A stretch of DNA of 64,000 bases, from the NCBI GenBank assembly GCA_913050215.1, contig CAJXBG010000006.1:7555-71554 (forward strand), read 5' to 3'. The translations under genes were made by a program, and so were the position numbers. The DNA is from an uncultured Gammaproteobacteria bacterium (GTDB taxonomy: Bacteria > Pseudomonadota > Gammaproteobacteria > Pseudomonadales > Azotimanducaceae). Position 1 is the first letter of the stretch; every line of letters starts with the position of its first letter. Positions 1-10,020 of the stretch are shown piece by piece. The notes beneath the pieces were generated by a model. That model was not told where the DNA came from and did not search any database. It worked only from the letters and a program-made list of their open reading frames with translations.

Positions 1-645
1 GAGGCCTATAGACCAGGGTAATGCCTCTGTAATACCAACGCCTAAGCTATCCCAATTTTCGATAAGTATTAAAATCAAGACGAGATATAGAGATATTTGG
101 GTATATTTCTGCAATCGTTTGGTGTTTCGCAACACAAAATCTTCCTTGTAATGCAGCCAAAACATGCCGATGCCTACAGGGAGAACCACAAGTAAAAACA
201 GTCGCAGCAATGTATCCATCACGGGAAGCTCTATCGACCCGGAAAGATCAGGCATGAGATACCCAAACGCCCAAAAAAATAGCGGCACCGTAACAAAAGA
301 TAGAACACTGGAGACTGAGGTAAGAAGCACTGAAAGGGCGATATCCGCTTTTGCGATTAACACCAACACATTCGAGAAGCCGCCGCTTGGACATGCGGCA
401 ATCAGTAAAATTCCGATGAGAAGTGGTTCGGATAGCGGCAGATCAAAAGTGAAAACAACGAGCACAAGACAAATAGCAATGAGTGGAAACGTGAATGTGT
501 GAACGAGCGTGCCGATGACCGGAACCTGTGGTTTTTTCAGAAATTCGACGAAATGCTGAACGCGAAGTTCGATGCCAATTGCCACCATGGCCAATAAAAC
601 CGCGATCGGTAGCAGATGCGCTTGGGCGCTAATGACACCAAACAT
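1..645 (-). CDS. Bile acid:Na+ symporter (BASS/SBF-like) family membrane protein, 3' end cut by window edge
   Basis: Absent from the ORF track because it runs off the left edge. My minus-strand translation from ATG (643-645) stays open to position 1: MFGVISAQAHLLPIAVLLAMVAIGIELRV...LLIAACPSGGFSNVLVLIAKADIALSVLLTSVSS... It is polytopic and hydrophobic, with a CPxGxxSN-type segment typical of SBF-like transporters. Confidence 0.6.
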   Translation of the reverse strand, partial: MFGVISAQAHLLPIAVLLAMVAIGIELRVQHFVEFLKKPQVPVIGTLVHTFTFPLIAICLVLVVFTFDLPLSEPLLIGILLIAACPSGGFSNVLVLIAKADIALSVLLTSVSSVLSFVTVPLFFWAFGYLMPDLSGSIELPVMDTLLRLFLLVVLPVGIGMFWLHYKEDFVLRNTKRLQKYTQISLYLVLILILIENWDSLGVGITEALPWSIGL

Positions 646-878
646 ATGACCAAACCTGTTCGAGCTAGCACCACGTATTAAAGCGCTTATCGGGTCTCCC
701 GGCTTTGGTGTCGAGCCGGTTAAAAGCTTCCCTATCTTTCGGTTGAAAATAGCCAGGGATGCGGTCTGGCTCACGCATAATGCCTTTATCGAGACCGGAA
801 GCCAAGCGCCTGATTTGACTTAAGTGCGACCAATCAGGCATACAGGTATTAGAAACTTGACATGATGAGAGGTCGTGT

Positions 879-1271
879 ATGAAGGATGTGCAAACTGGCG
901 GTTGTCGTTGTGGCGCTACGCGTTATGAAATAACCGGATCGCCGGTTACTCAGCTGATGTGTTTTTGCAGTGATTGCCGGGCCTTCACAGGATCAGATGC
1001 TTTTGCCGCGTACATCGTCAAACAGGTAGACTTTTCACCGACAGAGGGAAGCCCAAAGTTCTACGCAACGGTAGCCCGCTCCGGACGAGCTGTGAAACGC
1101 TATTTTTGTGACACCTGCGGCTCGAGTCTCTGGGCCCAGCTTGAGATCGGCCTAGTGAGTGTTGCCGGTGGTTCGCTCGATGATGTCGAGCTGTTTCAAC
1201 CGGTCAGGACAAATTTGGCTGATGAAGCACCCGCATGGGCGCGCATACCCGACAACCTCGAGGCAGGATAA
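879..1271 (+). CDS. GFA (glutathione-dependent formaldehyde-activating / CENP-V-like) family protein
   Basis: 130 aa. GGCRCGATRY near the N-terminus plus a later FCDTCGS cysteine pair match the GFA zinc-site pattern. GAGAGG SD lies upstream. The stop TAA directly abuts the next ATG. Confidence 0.8.
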   Translation: MKDVQTGGCRCGATRYEITGSPVTQLMCFCSDCRAFTGSDAFAAYIVKQVDFSPTEGSPKFYATVARSGRAVKRYFCDTCGSSLWAQLEIGLVSVAGGSLDDVELFQPVRTNLADEAPAWARIPDNLEAG

Positions 1272-2111
1272 ATGGCAATTCAAATAGATGAAATTACACC
1301 CAACATCGGTGCCGAAGTTAAAGGAATAGATCTTGCAAATCTTGACGACAAAACCTTCTGTGAAATCGAGACGGCTTTCGCGAAGCATCATGTTCTCGTT
1401 TTTCGCGACCAACTGTTGTCTCGCGACCAACACAAAGCTTTTGGGCGACGTTTCGGTGACATGCACATTCATCCGTCAAAGCGTAACGGGTTGAGCGACC
1501 AAGCAGATAAGGAACTCTTTATTATCGATGTTCAACCCGATGCTAAACAAGCCAACGGCGAGGCTTGGCATGCCGATGTGACATGCGAAGAAATTCCACC
1601 ACTCGCGTCGCTGTTGTATGTCACCAAGGTTCCTGAAAATGGTGGCGGCGATACAATGTTCACCAACATGTGCGAGGCTTATAATGAATTATCTCAGGCG
1701 ATGAAAGATTTTCTTCTTGATAAAACGGCGTTTCATGACGGTGAAATTGATCTGGCGAATTATGGTGTTAGGCTAAGGGTCGGGCAGAGTTATCCTCAGT
1801 CGAGTCATCCAGTTATTATTAAACACCCGGTTACAGGTAAGGCGATTCTCTATGTTAACAAGAGCTTTACATCACATATTGAGCAGCTAAAAAAATGGGA
1901 AAGTGATGCTGTTTTGACAGGGCTGTATGATTTTATTGAAAGTAATCTGAGAACCCAGTGCAGAGTGAAATGGACAACTAATACGTTAGTTATGTGGGAT
2001 AACAGAAGCGTTCAGCATCAGGCGATTCGAGATTATGTTGGCTATGCCAGATATGGAGAGCGAGTCTCAATAGTGCCGAAAGAAAAACCTATTGCTTACT
2101 TCCAAGGGTGA
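1272..2111 (+). CDS. TauD/TfdA-family Fe(II)/2-oxoglutarate dioxygenase
   Basis: 279 aa. WHADVTCEEIPPLASLLY...GGDTMFTNM and WDNRSVQH match the TauD/TfdA core. TAAATG junction with the upstream GFA gene. Confidence 0.85.
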   Translation: MAIQIDEITPNIGAEVKGIDLANLDDKTFCEIETAFAKHHVLVFRDQLLSRDQHKAFGRRFGDMHIHPSKRNGLSDQADKELFIIDVQPDAKQANGEAWHADVTCEEIPPLASLLYVTKVPENGGGDTMFTNMCEAYNELSQAMKDFLLDKTAFHDGEIDLANYGVRLRVGQSYPQSSHPVIIKHPVTGKAILYVNKSFTSHIEQLKKWESDAVLTGLYDFIESNLRTQCRVKWTTNTLVMWDNRSVQHQAIRDYVGYARYGERVSIVPKEKPIAYFQG

Positions 2112-2185
2112 CCAGAATAGTTGGGACACCGCGTCTCCTTCACATTTTCGTTTAGGGATAACTTCTAGGATTACATTGTGGTGAC

Positions 2186-3871
2186 TCAGACAGGCGCTAA
2201 TTGCTCAATCATGGTTTCGCGCATTTTGAATTTTTGAATTTTACCAGTCACCGTCATTGGAAACTCATCTACAAAACGAACGAGCGATGGTACTTTGAAG
2301 TGTGTAATCTGATCTCGACAAAAAGACTTAACGTCCTCCTCATTTAGCGTTGCGTTTTGCTTTAGCTGAACCCAAGCGCAAACGATTTCACCATAGCGTT
2401 CATCAGGAATACCAAAGACCTGTACTTCCTGTATATCCGGGTGGGTGTATAGAAACTCTTCTACTTCCCTTGGGTAGACATTTTCACCGCCGCGAATAAT
2501 CATGTCCTTGATTCGGCCGACAATCTGAACGTACCCTTCTTCGTCCATTTCAGCGAGGTCTCCCGAGTGCAACCAGCCGGTGGCATCGATCGTTTCATTG
2601 GTTCTTGCTTCGTCATCCCAGTATCCCTGCATAACTGAATAACCACGGCAGCAAAGTTCACCCTTGTCTCCCAAGGGCACGACACGGCCACTCTCATCAA
2701 TAATCTTAATTTCCTGGTAGGGGCCAACTCGACCAACGGTTCCACAACGTTTTTCGGCAGGTGCGTCGATGTCTGTCATATGGTTCACGGGGCTGGTTTC
2801 GGTTTGACCGTACATGATGGTAATTTCGCTCATGTTGAGTTTGTCGATGACCTGATGCATCAACTCAAGTGGGCATGGTGCCCCGGCCATGACACCGGTT
2901 CGAAGGGTTGAAAGCTCGTATTCGCTAACATTCGGTAAATCGGTTTCAGCAACAAACATGGTAGGCACGCCGTGTAAGGCAGTGCACTTTTCCTCAACAA
3001 CAGTCCTGAGCACAACATCAGGGTCGAAACCCTCGTCGGGAAATACTGCACAGGCGCCATGAGTCATGCAGGTGAGGTTACCCATCACCATGCCAAAACA
3101 ATGGTATAGAGGAACGGGAATACAAAGCCGGTCTTCTGAAGTGAAGCGCATGCCGGCGCCTACTTGTAAACCGTTGTTTAATATATTGAAGTGACTGAGG
3201 GTCGCGCCCTTGGGGCTACCTGTGGTTCCGCTGGTAAATTGTATGTTGATTGCATCATCAGCCTGAAGTGTTGGTGCAATTTCGGCCATGCGGTCGTAGT
3301 GTATATCGTCACCCATCTCGCAAACCTTGTCGAAATTGAACATGCCCGGTGACACGGCATCGCCCATGCGAATCACGGTGGTTAGGTGGGGTAGTTTTTT
3401 TGATTTAAGTTCCCCGGGCTCGCAGGTCGCTAATTCGGGAGCCATCTCTTGAAGCATTCGGAGGTATTCGCTGGTCTTGAATTGCGCCGCGGTAATAACG
3501 GTTTTGCACTTGACCTTGTTTAGCGCGTATTCCAGTTCGTAGGGACGATAAGCGGGGTTGATGCACACCATAATGGCGCCGATTTTGGCGGTGGCAAATT
3601 GCGTGAGGCACCATTCAACACGATTTGGAGACCATATCCCAACTCGGTCGCCAGGCTCGACGCCGAGGCTAACAAGCCCCGCTGCAAGCGCATCGATTCT
3701 GGATTTGTATTCCGAGAAGGTCCAACGAATATTCTGGTGCCGAACAACCAGCGCTTCTTTGTCAGGATAGGTTGCAGCGATACGCTCAACGCAAGCACCT
3801 ATTGTTTCGTACAGCAGAGGCTCATTTGCCTGACCGCATAGATAGCTTTGGCCTTTTGGCAGATTGTTCAT
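2186..3871 (-). CDS. AMP-binding acyl-CoA synthetase / fatty-acid-CoA ligase
   Basis: 561 aa. FTSGTTGSPKGA AMP-binding signature, a YGQTE-type motif (MYGQTETSP) and a GWLHSGD motif. GGAG SD upstream. Confidence 0.9.
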   Translation of the reverse strand: MNNLPKGQSYLCGQANEPLLYETIGACVERIAATYPDKEALVVRHQNIRWTFSEYKSRIDALAAGLVSLGVEPGDRVGIWSPNRVEWCLTQFATAKIGAIMVCINPAYRPYELEYALNKVKCKTVITAAQFKTSEYLRMLQEMAPELATCEPGELKSKKLPHLTTVIRMGDAVSPGMFNFDKVCEMGDDIHYDRMAEIAPTLQADDAINIQFTSGTTGSPKGATLSHFNILNNGLQVGAGMRFTSEDRLCIPVPLYHCFGMVMGNLTCMTHGACAVFPDEGFDPDVVLRTVVEEKCTALHGVPTMFVAETDLPNVSEYELSTLRTGVMAGAPCPLELMHQVIDKLNMSEITIMYGQTETSPVNHMTDIDAPAEKRCGTVGRVGPYQEIKIIDESGRVVPLGDKGELCCRGYSVMQGYWDDEARTNETIDATGWLHSGDLAEMDEEGYVQIVGRIKDMIIRGGENVYPREVEEFLYTHPDIQEVQVFGIPDERYGEIVCAWVQLKQNATLNEEDVKSFCRDQITHFKVPSLVRFVDEFPMTVTGKIQKFKMRETMIEQLAPV

Positions 3872-3929
3872 AAGTATCTCCGTTTCGATATCTTTAAGGT
3901 GTTACTTTTCTTTGCATGCTGCAGACATT

Positions 3930-5495
3930 TTAAGCAAAAGCGGTTGGCTTTGGCGAAACGTCATCGTTTGCCATGAGCGCGTTGATCAATCGTTCATTCA
4001 TGTCAGCACGGAGCGCCGATGATTCTGTGAGATTATTCATTTCATCAGGATCGTTTTTTAGATCAAAGAGCTCAGCGCCTTCATAACCCTGATAGACAGT
4101 CAATCTGGTTTCCTCGGTGATCAGCGTTCGCATTCTCAACGGCGTGCCAACATGAAGAATATCATTGAGCTGATCTTCCTCGATTAAGATCTCATCCCGA
4201 ATCGTTGAGGCGGGATTCTTGAGTAGTTCGCTGGCATCATGCCCTTGCATCCCGTGAAACGCCTCTAGACCCGCTTGGGCCAGCAATGTGGGGCCAAGAT
4301 CAAGAGATGAGATCAAGCTATTAGAGACCCCGGCGGGCATTGCGGGGACATCAATGAGTAGTGGTACCCGGGTACAACCCTCATAGTGCATGGCGCCCTT
4401 TAGCATCACACCATGATCGCCAAACATATCGCCGTGGTCACTGGTAAACACGACGATTGTGTTCTCTCGCAAGTCTAAAGCATCAAGCTCGCCGAGAATC
4501 TTTCCAATGCCATCATCGATCATTGAAATCATACCGTATTCTTTAGCAGCCATTTCACGGAGTTCGATTTCCGTTGGGGCGAACATATTCACACCTCGGC
4601 GAAGACCAGATGCCCCTTCCTTGATGACTCTTTGGTAGTGGGGAGCTGAGTCTTGGTGTTTATCGCCGTAGCTTGCTGGCATGACATAGTCGTCGGGGGA
4701 GTACATATCGAAGTATTTCCCCGGAGGTGTGAAAGGGTGGTGTGGGTCAGGGTAGGAAACGACAGCCATAAAGGGTGTGTGCGGCTCCTTTGCACGTGCT
4801 TGCAGGAAATCTGTAGCGACACGGGTGATGTAATTTGTTGGGTACAGTGTTTCCGGCGTAGATGTCTTCCAGACCATGTGCGATGAAGAGTCGTAAGCTT
4901 GCCCGGCCGAACCGCCTTGAATGGCGGACGGTTCAATACCTTGCTGCAGCAGCCATTGATAATAATGGCCGCCACATTGGTCGGAGTGTGCCACGACAAG
5001 GTCGACCTCGCCAAAGCCGTAATAGTCGTCTGGCATTTGAACGTGTTCTTTTGTGTGTCTTTTTAGGTCTTCGTATTGATCCCAGCCGGTAGGATAGTGT
5101 CTGAGGTCAATCGCATCCCCGGGCTGTAATTTATCGGTCTGCTTTCTCGCGACCGATGCCATGATGTTCATATTCTGGAGATGGCACTTACCGAGGTGAG
5201 CTGTATGGTACCCCGCGCGTTTGAAGACTCTTGGAAAAGTTTCCACTCGCCAGTCGAGGGCGATCCCGTTGTATCTCGTGCCGTGCAGCGAAGGCATACG
5301 GCTGGTAAATATTGAAGATCGATTGGGCATGCAAATAGGGTTCGCCACATGGGCGCGATCGAATCTCATTGATCTAGCTGCGAGCGCATCAAGGTGTGGT
5401 GTTCGGACCGTCGGGTTACCACCGAACCCAGTATGATCCGGCCGATGTTGGTCGGTCATGATGAACAGGATGTTAGGGGAGGTATACCCGGTCAT
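3930..5495 (-). CDS. Cys-type sulfatase (arylsulfatase family), no signal peptide
   Basis: 521 aa. N-terminus is NILFIMTDQHR. PICMPNRSSIFTSR carries the C-x-P-x-R formylglycine motif. TSDHGDMFGDHG is the conserved C-terminal sulfatase motif. Confidence 0.9.
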   Translation of the reverse strand: MTGYTSPNILFIMTDQHRPDHTGFGGNPTVRTPHLDALAARSMRFDRAHVANPICMPNRSSIFTSRMPSLHGTRYNGIALDWRVETFPRVFKRAGYHTAHLGKCHLQNMNIMASVARKQTDKLQPGDAIDLRHYPTGWDQYEDLKRHTKEHVQMPDDYYGFGEVDLVVAHSDQCGGHYYQWLLQQGIEPSAIQGGSAGQAYDSSSHMVWKTSTPETLYPTNYITRVATDFLQARAKEPHTPFMAVVSYPDPHHPFTPPGKYFDMYSPDDYVMPASYGDKHQDSAPHYQRVIKEGASGLRRGVNMFAPTEIELREMAAKEYGMISMIDDGIGKILGELDALDLRENTIVVFTSDHGDMFGDHGVMLKGAMHYEGCTRVPLLIDVPAMPAGVSNSLISSLDLGPTLLAQAGLEAFHGMQGHDASELLKNPASTIRDEILIEEDQLNDILHVGTPLRMRTLITEETRLTVYQGYEGAELFDLKNDPDEMNNLTESSALRADMNERLINALMANDDVSPKPTAFA

Positions 5496-5879
5496 AAAAT
5501 TGCCCGTTTGAATTTAGCATCTTGTGCTTGGGGGTTTCTTATATCATGAAACGTCAGTTGTATCTGCTTCTCCGGCTCGCTTCTCGGTGCTGACGCGTAA
5601 CCATGAATGAGTGCTACTGAATCCAACTGCTCGGATGCTAGTTGCAGCAATACTGCGCGACCAGCCCAAGCTCAAAAAGAAGCAGCAAGGAATTTACGGC
5701 GTAAAGCCAAAGGTGTGTTTGTGCTTCCATCAAGAACCAATTGGGTTATATGCTGGCGTGAAGATTAGGCCGCTGGTATTTAGCCTTAGTCATGCGACGA
5801 CAAGTGAGGGCCCGAGCGAGTGGGTCAATTCAATCAAAGGCTTCCTGAAAAAGAAGCCGGGAATGAGTAGAAAGTCATT

Positions 5880-6440
5880 GTGGATAATTATGAAGAGCCT
5901 CTCAAAACGCATCGTATCGCCACGGTCGATGATATTCCCGCGATCATGGGTCTCATGCGATTGGCCATCGCGGAGAACATGAAGTCGTTCCTTTCAGCAG
6001 CCGAAATCGAAGCGGCGCAGGAAACAATGGGTGTCGATCGTTCTCTGATAAACGATGGTACTTATTTCGTTATTGAAACAATGCATGAGGGTAAGACAGT
6101 AATCATCGGTTGCGGTGGCTGGGGTAAGCGTAGAACGCTATATGGTGGCGATCACACCGCTGGGCGTGATGATAGTTTGAGTGATCCAGTAACTGAAGCG
6201 GCGCGAATTCGAGCCATGTACACGCATCCAGAATGGACTCGTCAGGGAATAGGCTCGTTGTTGCTTGACCTTGGAGAGTCGGCTGCCCGCGGTGAAGGGT
6301 TTAAGACGATCGAACTGGGCGCGACCGTTCCGGGCGAGCCTCTCTACCTTGCCCGGGGTTATGTCGAGCTTGAGCGAGCAACGACTGTTGCTGCAAACGG
6401 ATCGAATAATGTGGTGATCAAAATGGCTAAAATACTTTGA
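5880..6440 (+). CDS. GNAT family N-acetyltransferase
   Basis: 186 aa with a GTG start. RQGIGSLLLD is an acetyl-CoA-binding R/Q-x-x-G-x-G/A motif. The length and IATVDDIPAI N-terminal pattern are typical of GNATs. Confidence 0.75.
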   Translation: MDNYEEPLKTHRIATVDDIPAIMGLMRLAIAENMKSFLSAAEIEAAQETMGVDRSLINDGTYFVIETMHEGKTVIIGCGGWGKRRTLYGGDHTAGRDDSLSDPVTEAARIRAMYTHPEWTRQGIGSLLLDLGESAARGEGFKTIELGATVPGEPLYLARGYVELERATTVAANGSNNVVIKMAKIL

Positions 6441-6552
6441 CCGTCGCGACCGCGCATGACTCAAATATCTGTCTGCCTGCGGCCAGATCTAGCAAATTTT
6501 TCATGGCGTTTCTTAAAACGCGCGTATCGCCTGAACTTAGCCGACCTTTACT

Positions 6553-7326
6553 CTATTTAACGATGAGACGAGACCTAAGTTCTTTCCGTGCGTAATTATC
6601 GAGCCCCGCGGCATCAAGATAACCCTCGTAGGATCCGTATCCGTCGAGAACTTCTTGTAAAGCAGCGGTAAGATATTCTTCTCTTACACCAGCAATGACC
6701 CGCAGGCTTTTTTCGTCGGCATCTTCGCCATATCTTTCCAGAAACCTAGGTAGCAGGTACTCAAAAAGCTCCTCGGCAGAATTGGTTAACAAATAATCTG
6801 TGACGACATCCTTCATAGAGACGCCTAAGGCAAGTTGAATCATCGCTGCACCAAAACCGGTTCTGTCCTTACCTGCCGAGCAGTGTAAAAGGAAACCGTT
6901 CTCAACCGCCATCAGCTCTGCAAACAGCTTTCGATAGGCATCCACGTGATCTCGTGCAATCTCTCGGGTAATTTCCCGCATGAATGAAATACGGTCAAGA
7001 TGGGTTTGGTCCGCGTCCTGAAAACTTGACATCAATTGTGGTGAGCTTCCGGGCGCAATAGGAATATGCACCCTGACCCTAAAGGGTTCCGTGGTCGGTG
7101 TTGGTCCATGTTCTATCTCGTCGTCGCGGCGTAGATCACAGATAACACCAATATCAAGAGCAGCGAATACAGCATGGGCTCGCTCGGGTATGTTGGCAAG
7201 AGAGCCGCAACGAAAAAGTTTGCCTTTTGCAACTAAGCCGTCAGCAGTCGCGTAACCGCCAAAATCTCGAAAGTTCATTGAGCCTTCAAGTGAAATAAAG
7301 CGATTTTGGCTGTTTAATAAATGCAT
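6553..7326 (-). CDS. Tyrosine/dual-specificity protein phosphatase (Y_phosphatase3-like)
   Basis: HCSAGKDRTG is the CX5R phosphatase P-loop; NFRDFGG lies near the N-terminus. I prefer the ATG at 7324-7326 (MHLLNSQNRF...). The ORF track extends to a TTG at 7399-7401. Confidence 0.8.
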   Translation of the reverse strand: MHLLNSQNRFISLEGSMNFRDFGGYATADGLVAKGKLFRCGSLANIPERAHAVFAALDIGVICDLRRDDEIEHGPTPTTEPFRVRVHIPIAPGSSPQLMSSFQDADQTHLDRISFMREITREIARDHVDAYRKLFAELMAVENGFLLHCSAGKDRTGFGAAMIQLALGVSMKDVVTDYLLTNSAEELFEYLLPRFLERYGEDADEKSLRVIAGVREEYLTAALQEVLDGYGSYEGYLDAAGLDNYARKELRSRLIVK

Positions 7327-7811
7327 GATTGATCCGTTATTTGTAATGAAAATTGTTCGATGAGTCTCTCGGCGGCACAACGTGCCTATTTTCGACCACA
7401 ATCCCTCCGTTCACGATAAATTCATCGTGACACACAGTGTGGGTTTGGGCAGTGTTAACGACAGGTTAGGTGTCATGCTTCAGCCGACCGGGAGTTGAAA
7501 AAATGTTGCTAACGAAATTTAGCGTCAAGTTCAGCTACTTTATCGAGGTGCTACCACCTTGGCTGGCTCAGATTGCGGCAGGGTGAAAATGATATCCAAG
7601 TTATTTTGCGTCAGTCTGCCGGTGACACCGAATTTTGCTATGATCCTGCTCCCTGATGGTTGATAGAGATCGGTAAAAGTGCCTGCTACTGTACCACCTA
7701 TGCATTGATGTTGTCGTCGTTCATCAGGTGTTTCAGAGATGCGCCTTATTCTGATGACAGGTAGTATATTCTTGATCGAATGCGGTAATGGTTTTTAAAG
7801 GTTGATGAGCT

Positions 7812-9464
7812 ATGACATGTCTTTCCAGAGCGGTTCGAATTTCGGCGTGGTCTCCCGGTGCGGCGCGTGGTGTCGCTGCGACGCTAAGTCTTATTTTGCT
7901 AGCTGGATGTGGTGATAATCGCCCCGTTGGCGATTCAGTGATTGAGGAAATAACTCGCAAGCCGGTAGCATTTGAGTATGTCGAAGCAACAATTGAAGAT
8001 GTGCACGATGCGCTCCAGTCAGGGGAGATAACTTGCGTTGACATCGTCTCAGGCTATCTCGCTAGAATCGATGCTTACGATAAGAAAAATGGCGTGAATG
8101 CCATCATCTTCAAAAATCCCCGAGCGATTCCACGAGCAGTAGAAATTGATGAAGCATTAGCAGCAGGCAAGGATTTAGGGGCGCTATATTGTGTGCCGGT
8201 GCTGCTTAAAGATAATTTCGATACACATGATATGCCCACGAGTGGTGGATCTGTCGCATTGAAAAACAGCACGCCACCGGACGATGCTTTTCTGGTAAAA
8301 AAACTGCGTGAGGCCGATGCAATCATTATTGCGAAAACCAACATGGCAGAGTGGGCTTTCAGCGCCAAGCAAACATTGAGTTCGTCTTACGGTCGGACAG
8401 CCAATGCTTACGATACGTCGCGTGTGCCAGCAGGTTCAAGCGGAGGAACTGCCTCTGGTATTGCGGCTAGTTTTGGTGTGGTAGGCATCGGCAGCGATAC
8501 CGGTAATTCCATTCGTGGACCTTCATCACATCTTGGGCTGTTTGGCATTCGTTCCTCTATGGGTTTGGTGAGCCGAGATGGGGTGATTCCGTTGGCCTTT
8601 GATAGAGATGTCACGGGGCCGATGACCCGGACGGTGACCGATGCTGCAAAGGTGTTGAGTGTTGTTGCGGGCAGAGATGACGCTGACCCTTACACAGCCT
8701 ACCGATCTGCACAAAAAAACGTTGATTACGCGCAGTTTCTCGACACTGAAGCGCTAAAGGGTAAACGGATTGGTGTGCTGAGAGCACTGGTGCAGCATGA
8801 CGAGGCCGATCCTGAAGTTATCGAAGTGTTCGATCGTGCCGTGACCGAGTTAGCGGCTGCAGGCGCTATGATTGTCGATGACTTTGAAATCACGAACCTA
8901 GACAGTCATATGAATGCCAACAATTTTTGCGTTCGGTTTCGATATGATATGCATCGGTATCTGGCTTCTTTAGGGCAAAACGCACCGATAAAAGACGTCA
9001 TGGAAGTGCTAGAAAGTGGAGAATTCGACCCTTACATAGAAGAACGAATACATTTTTTCGGGAGTAATCCGAAAGATGTCCACCCGAAAGATTTAGAAAC
9101 ACCATGTCTTGACTACCTTGAGCACGAAGGTAGGCAATCATTCATGCAAGATGTTGTTGCATCAATGGATTCAGCGGCAGCGGGTGAGGGCGTTGATGCT
9201 TTTGTCTATCCAAGTTGGTCTTATCCACCAGCGAAGCTCGATAAGGCGATTGAGGAGTACAGGGGGGACAATAGCCAGAAGATCGCACCGGCAACCGGTT
9301 TACCTGCTGTTACCGTACCGATGGGTGTGACGAGAGATACGCTGCCTGCAGGACTTCAGATAGTGGGTAAACTGGATTCAGATGGCATGCTGATAGGCAT
9401 GGCCTATGCCTATGAACAGCAAACCCATCACCGCACAGTACCTCAGGGATATCCTCCCTTGTAG
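7812..9464 (+). CDS. Amidase-signature family amidase, predicted lipoprotein
   Basis: 550 aa. PAGSSGGTASGIAA and GSDTGNSIRGPS are amidase-signature motifs. The N-terminus ...LSLILLAGCG contains a lipobox. Confidence 0.9.
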   Translation: MTCLSRAVRISAWSPGAARGVAATLSLILLAGCGDNRPVGDSVIEEITRKPVAFEYVEATIEDVHDALQSGEITCVDIVSGYLARIDAYDKKNGVNAIIFKNPRAIPRAVEIDEALAAGKDLGALYCVPVLLKDNFDTHDMPTSGGSVALKNSTPPDDAFLVKKLREADAIIIAKTNMAEWAFSAKQTLSSSYGRTANAYDTSRVPAGSSGGTASGIAASFGVVGIGSDTGNSIRGPSSHLGLFGIRSSMGLVSRDGVIPLAFDRDVTGPMTRTVTDAAKVLSVVAGRDDADPYTAYRSAQKNVDYAQFLDTEALKGKRIGVLRALVQHDEADPEVIEVFDRAVTELAAAGAMIVDDFEITNLDSHMNANNFCVRFRYDMHRYLASLGQNAPIKDVMEVLESGEFDPYIEERIHFFGSNPKDVHPKDLETPCLDYLEHEGRQSFMQDVVASMDSAAAGEGVDAFVYPSWSYPPAKLDKAIEEYRGDNSQKIAPATGLPAVTVPMGVTRDTLPAGLQIVGKLDSDGMLIGMAYAYEQQTHHRTVPQGYPPL

Positions 9465-9516
9465 TTAGCCCGGCGACGAAGTGCTTAATAAAAAATTGTT
9501 TCAGGTGTGTTGGAAA

Positions 9517-9933
9517 ATGTCAGAACAACAATTCGGAAAAGGTGATATCTCTTTCCAGGCTGCAGGCGGGCGAGCAGGCATACTAAAACTTGTAGAAGCT
9601 TTCTATCGTGTAATGGAAGCGCGAACCGATGCTAAAGAGATTAGAGACATGCACCCGGACGACCTCGCCGTGTCAATTGATAAGCTTGCCAGGTTTTTAT
9701 GCGGCTGGATGGGTGGACCGAAATTGTATTCGGAAAAATACGGTGGCATAGCGATTCCACCCGCGCATGCGCATTTGCCCATTGGAGAAGCGGAGAAAGC
9801 CGCTTGGTTAACCTGCATGGCCTGCGCGCTTGAAGAACAGCATTATGCGCCTGAGTTTAAGAAGTATTTAATGGTTCAGCTTGCCGTGCCTGCTGGGCGC
9901 ATTGTTACGCTTCAGCAGAATATGAGAAAGTGA
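9517..9933 (+). CDS. Truncated (group II-like) bacterial globin
   Basis: KLVEAFYRVMEARTD...FLCGWMGGPKLYSEKYG...AHAHLPIGEAEKAAWLTCMACAL matches the bacterial 2-on-2 globin pattern. I prefer ATG 9517 (MSEQQF) over the track's GTG 9481. Confidence 0.75.
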   Translation: MSEQQFGKGDISFQAAGGRAGILKLVEAFYRVMEARTDAKEIRDMHPDDLAVSIDKLARFLCGWMGGPKLYSEKYGGIAIPPAHAHLPIGEAEKAAWLTCMACALEEQHYAPEFKKYLMVQLAVPAGRIVTLQQNMRK

Positions 9934-10020
9934 TGGTTGGAAATTGGTATCGCGCTTGGTGTCAGGTCTGGTGGCTCATCCTGTTAGAATAGGTAAGATA
10001 GAGCCACAACCCTTTAGTCG

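Noticed and set aside
164-502. 112-aa plus-strand ORF in the track
   Set aside because: It lies entirely antisense to a continuous, clearly membrane-protein-like minus-strand reading frame (the BASS-family gene, 1-645). Its Ser/Thr/Arg-rich composition looks like a shadow ORF.
5611-5982. 123-aa ORF between the sulfatase and the GNAT gene
   Set aside because: It is highly basic and low-complexity, has no SD, and overlaps the GNAT start by about 100 nt in another frame. The 384-bp gap may hold a regulatory RNA, but I could not recognise any known motif.
7733-8044. 103-aa minus-strand ORF overlapping the amidase 5' end
   Set aside because: It is antisense to the well-supported amidase signal-peptide region, has no SD, and its composition is atypical.
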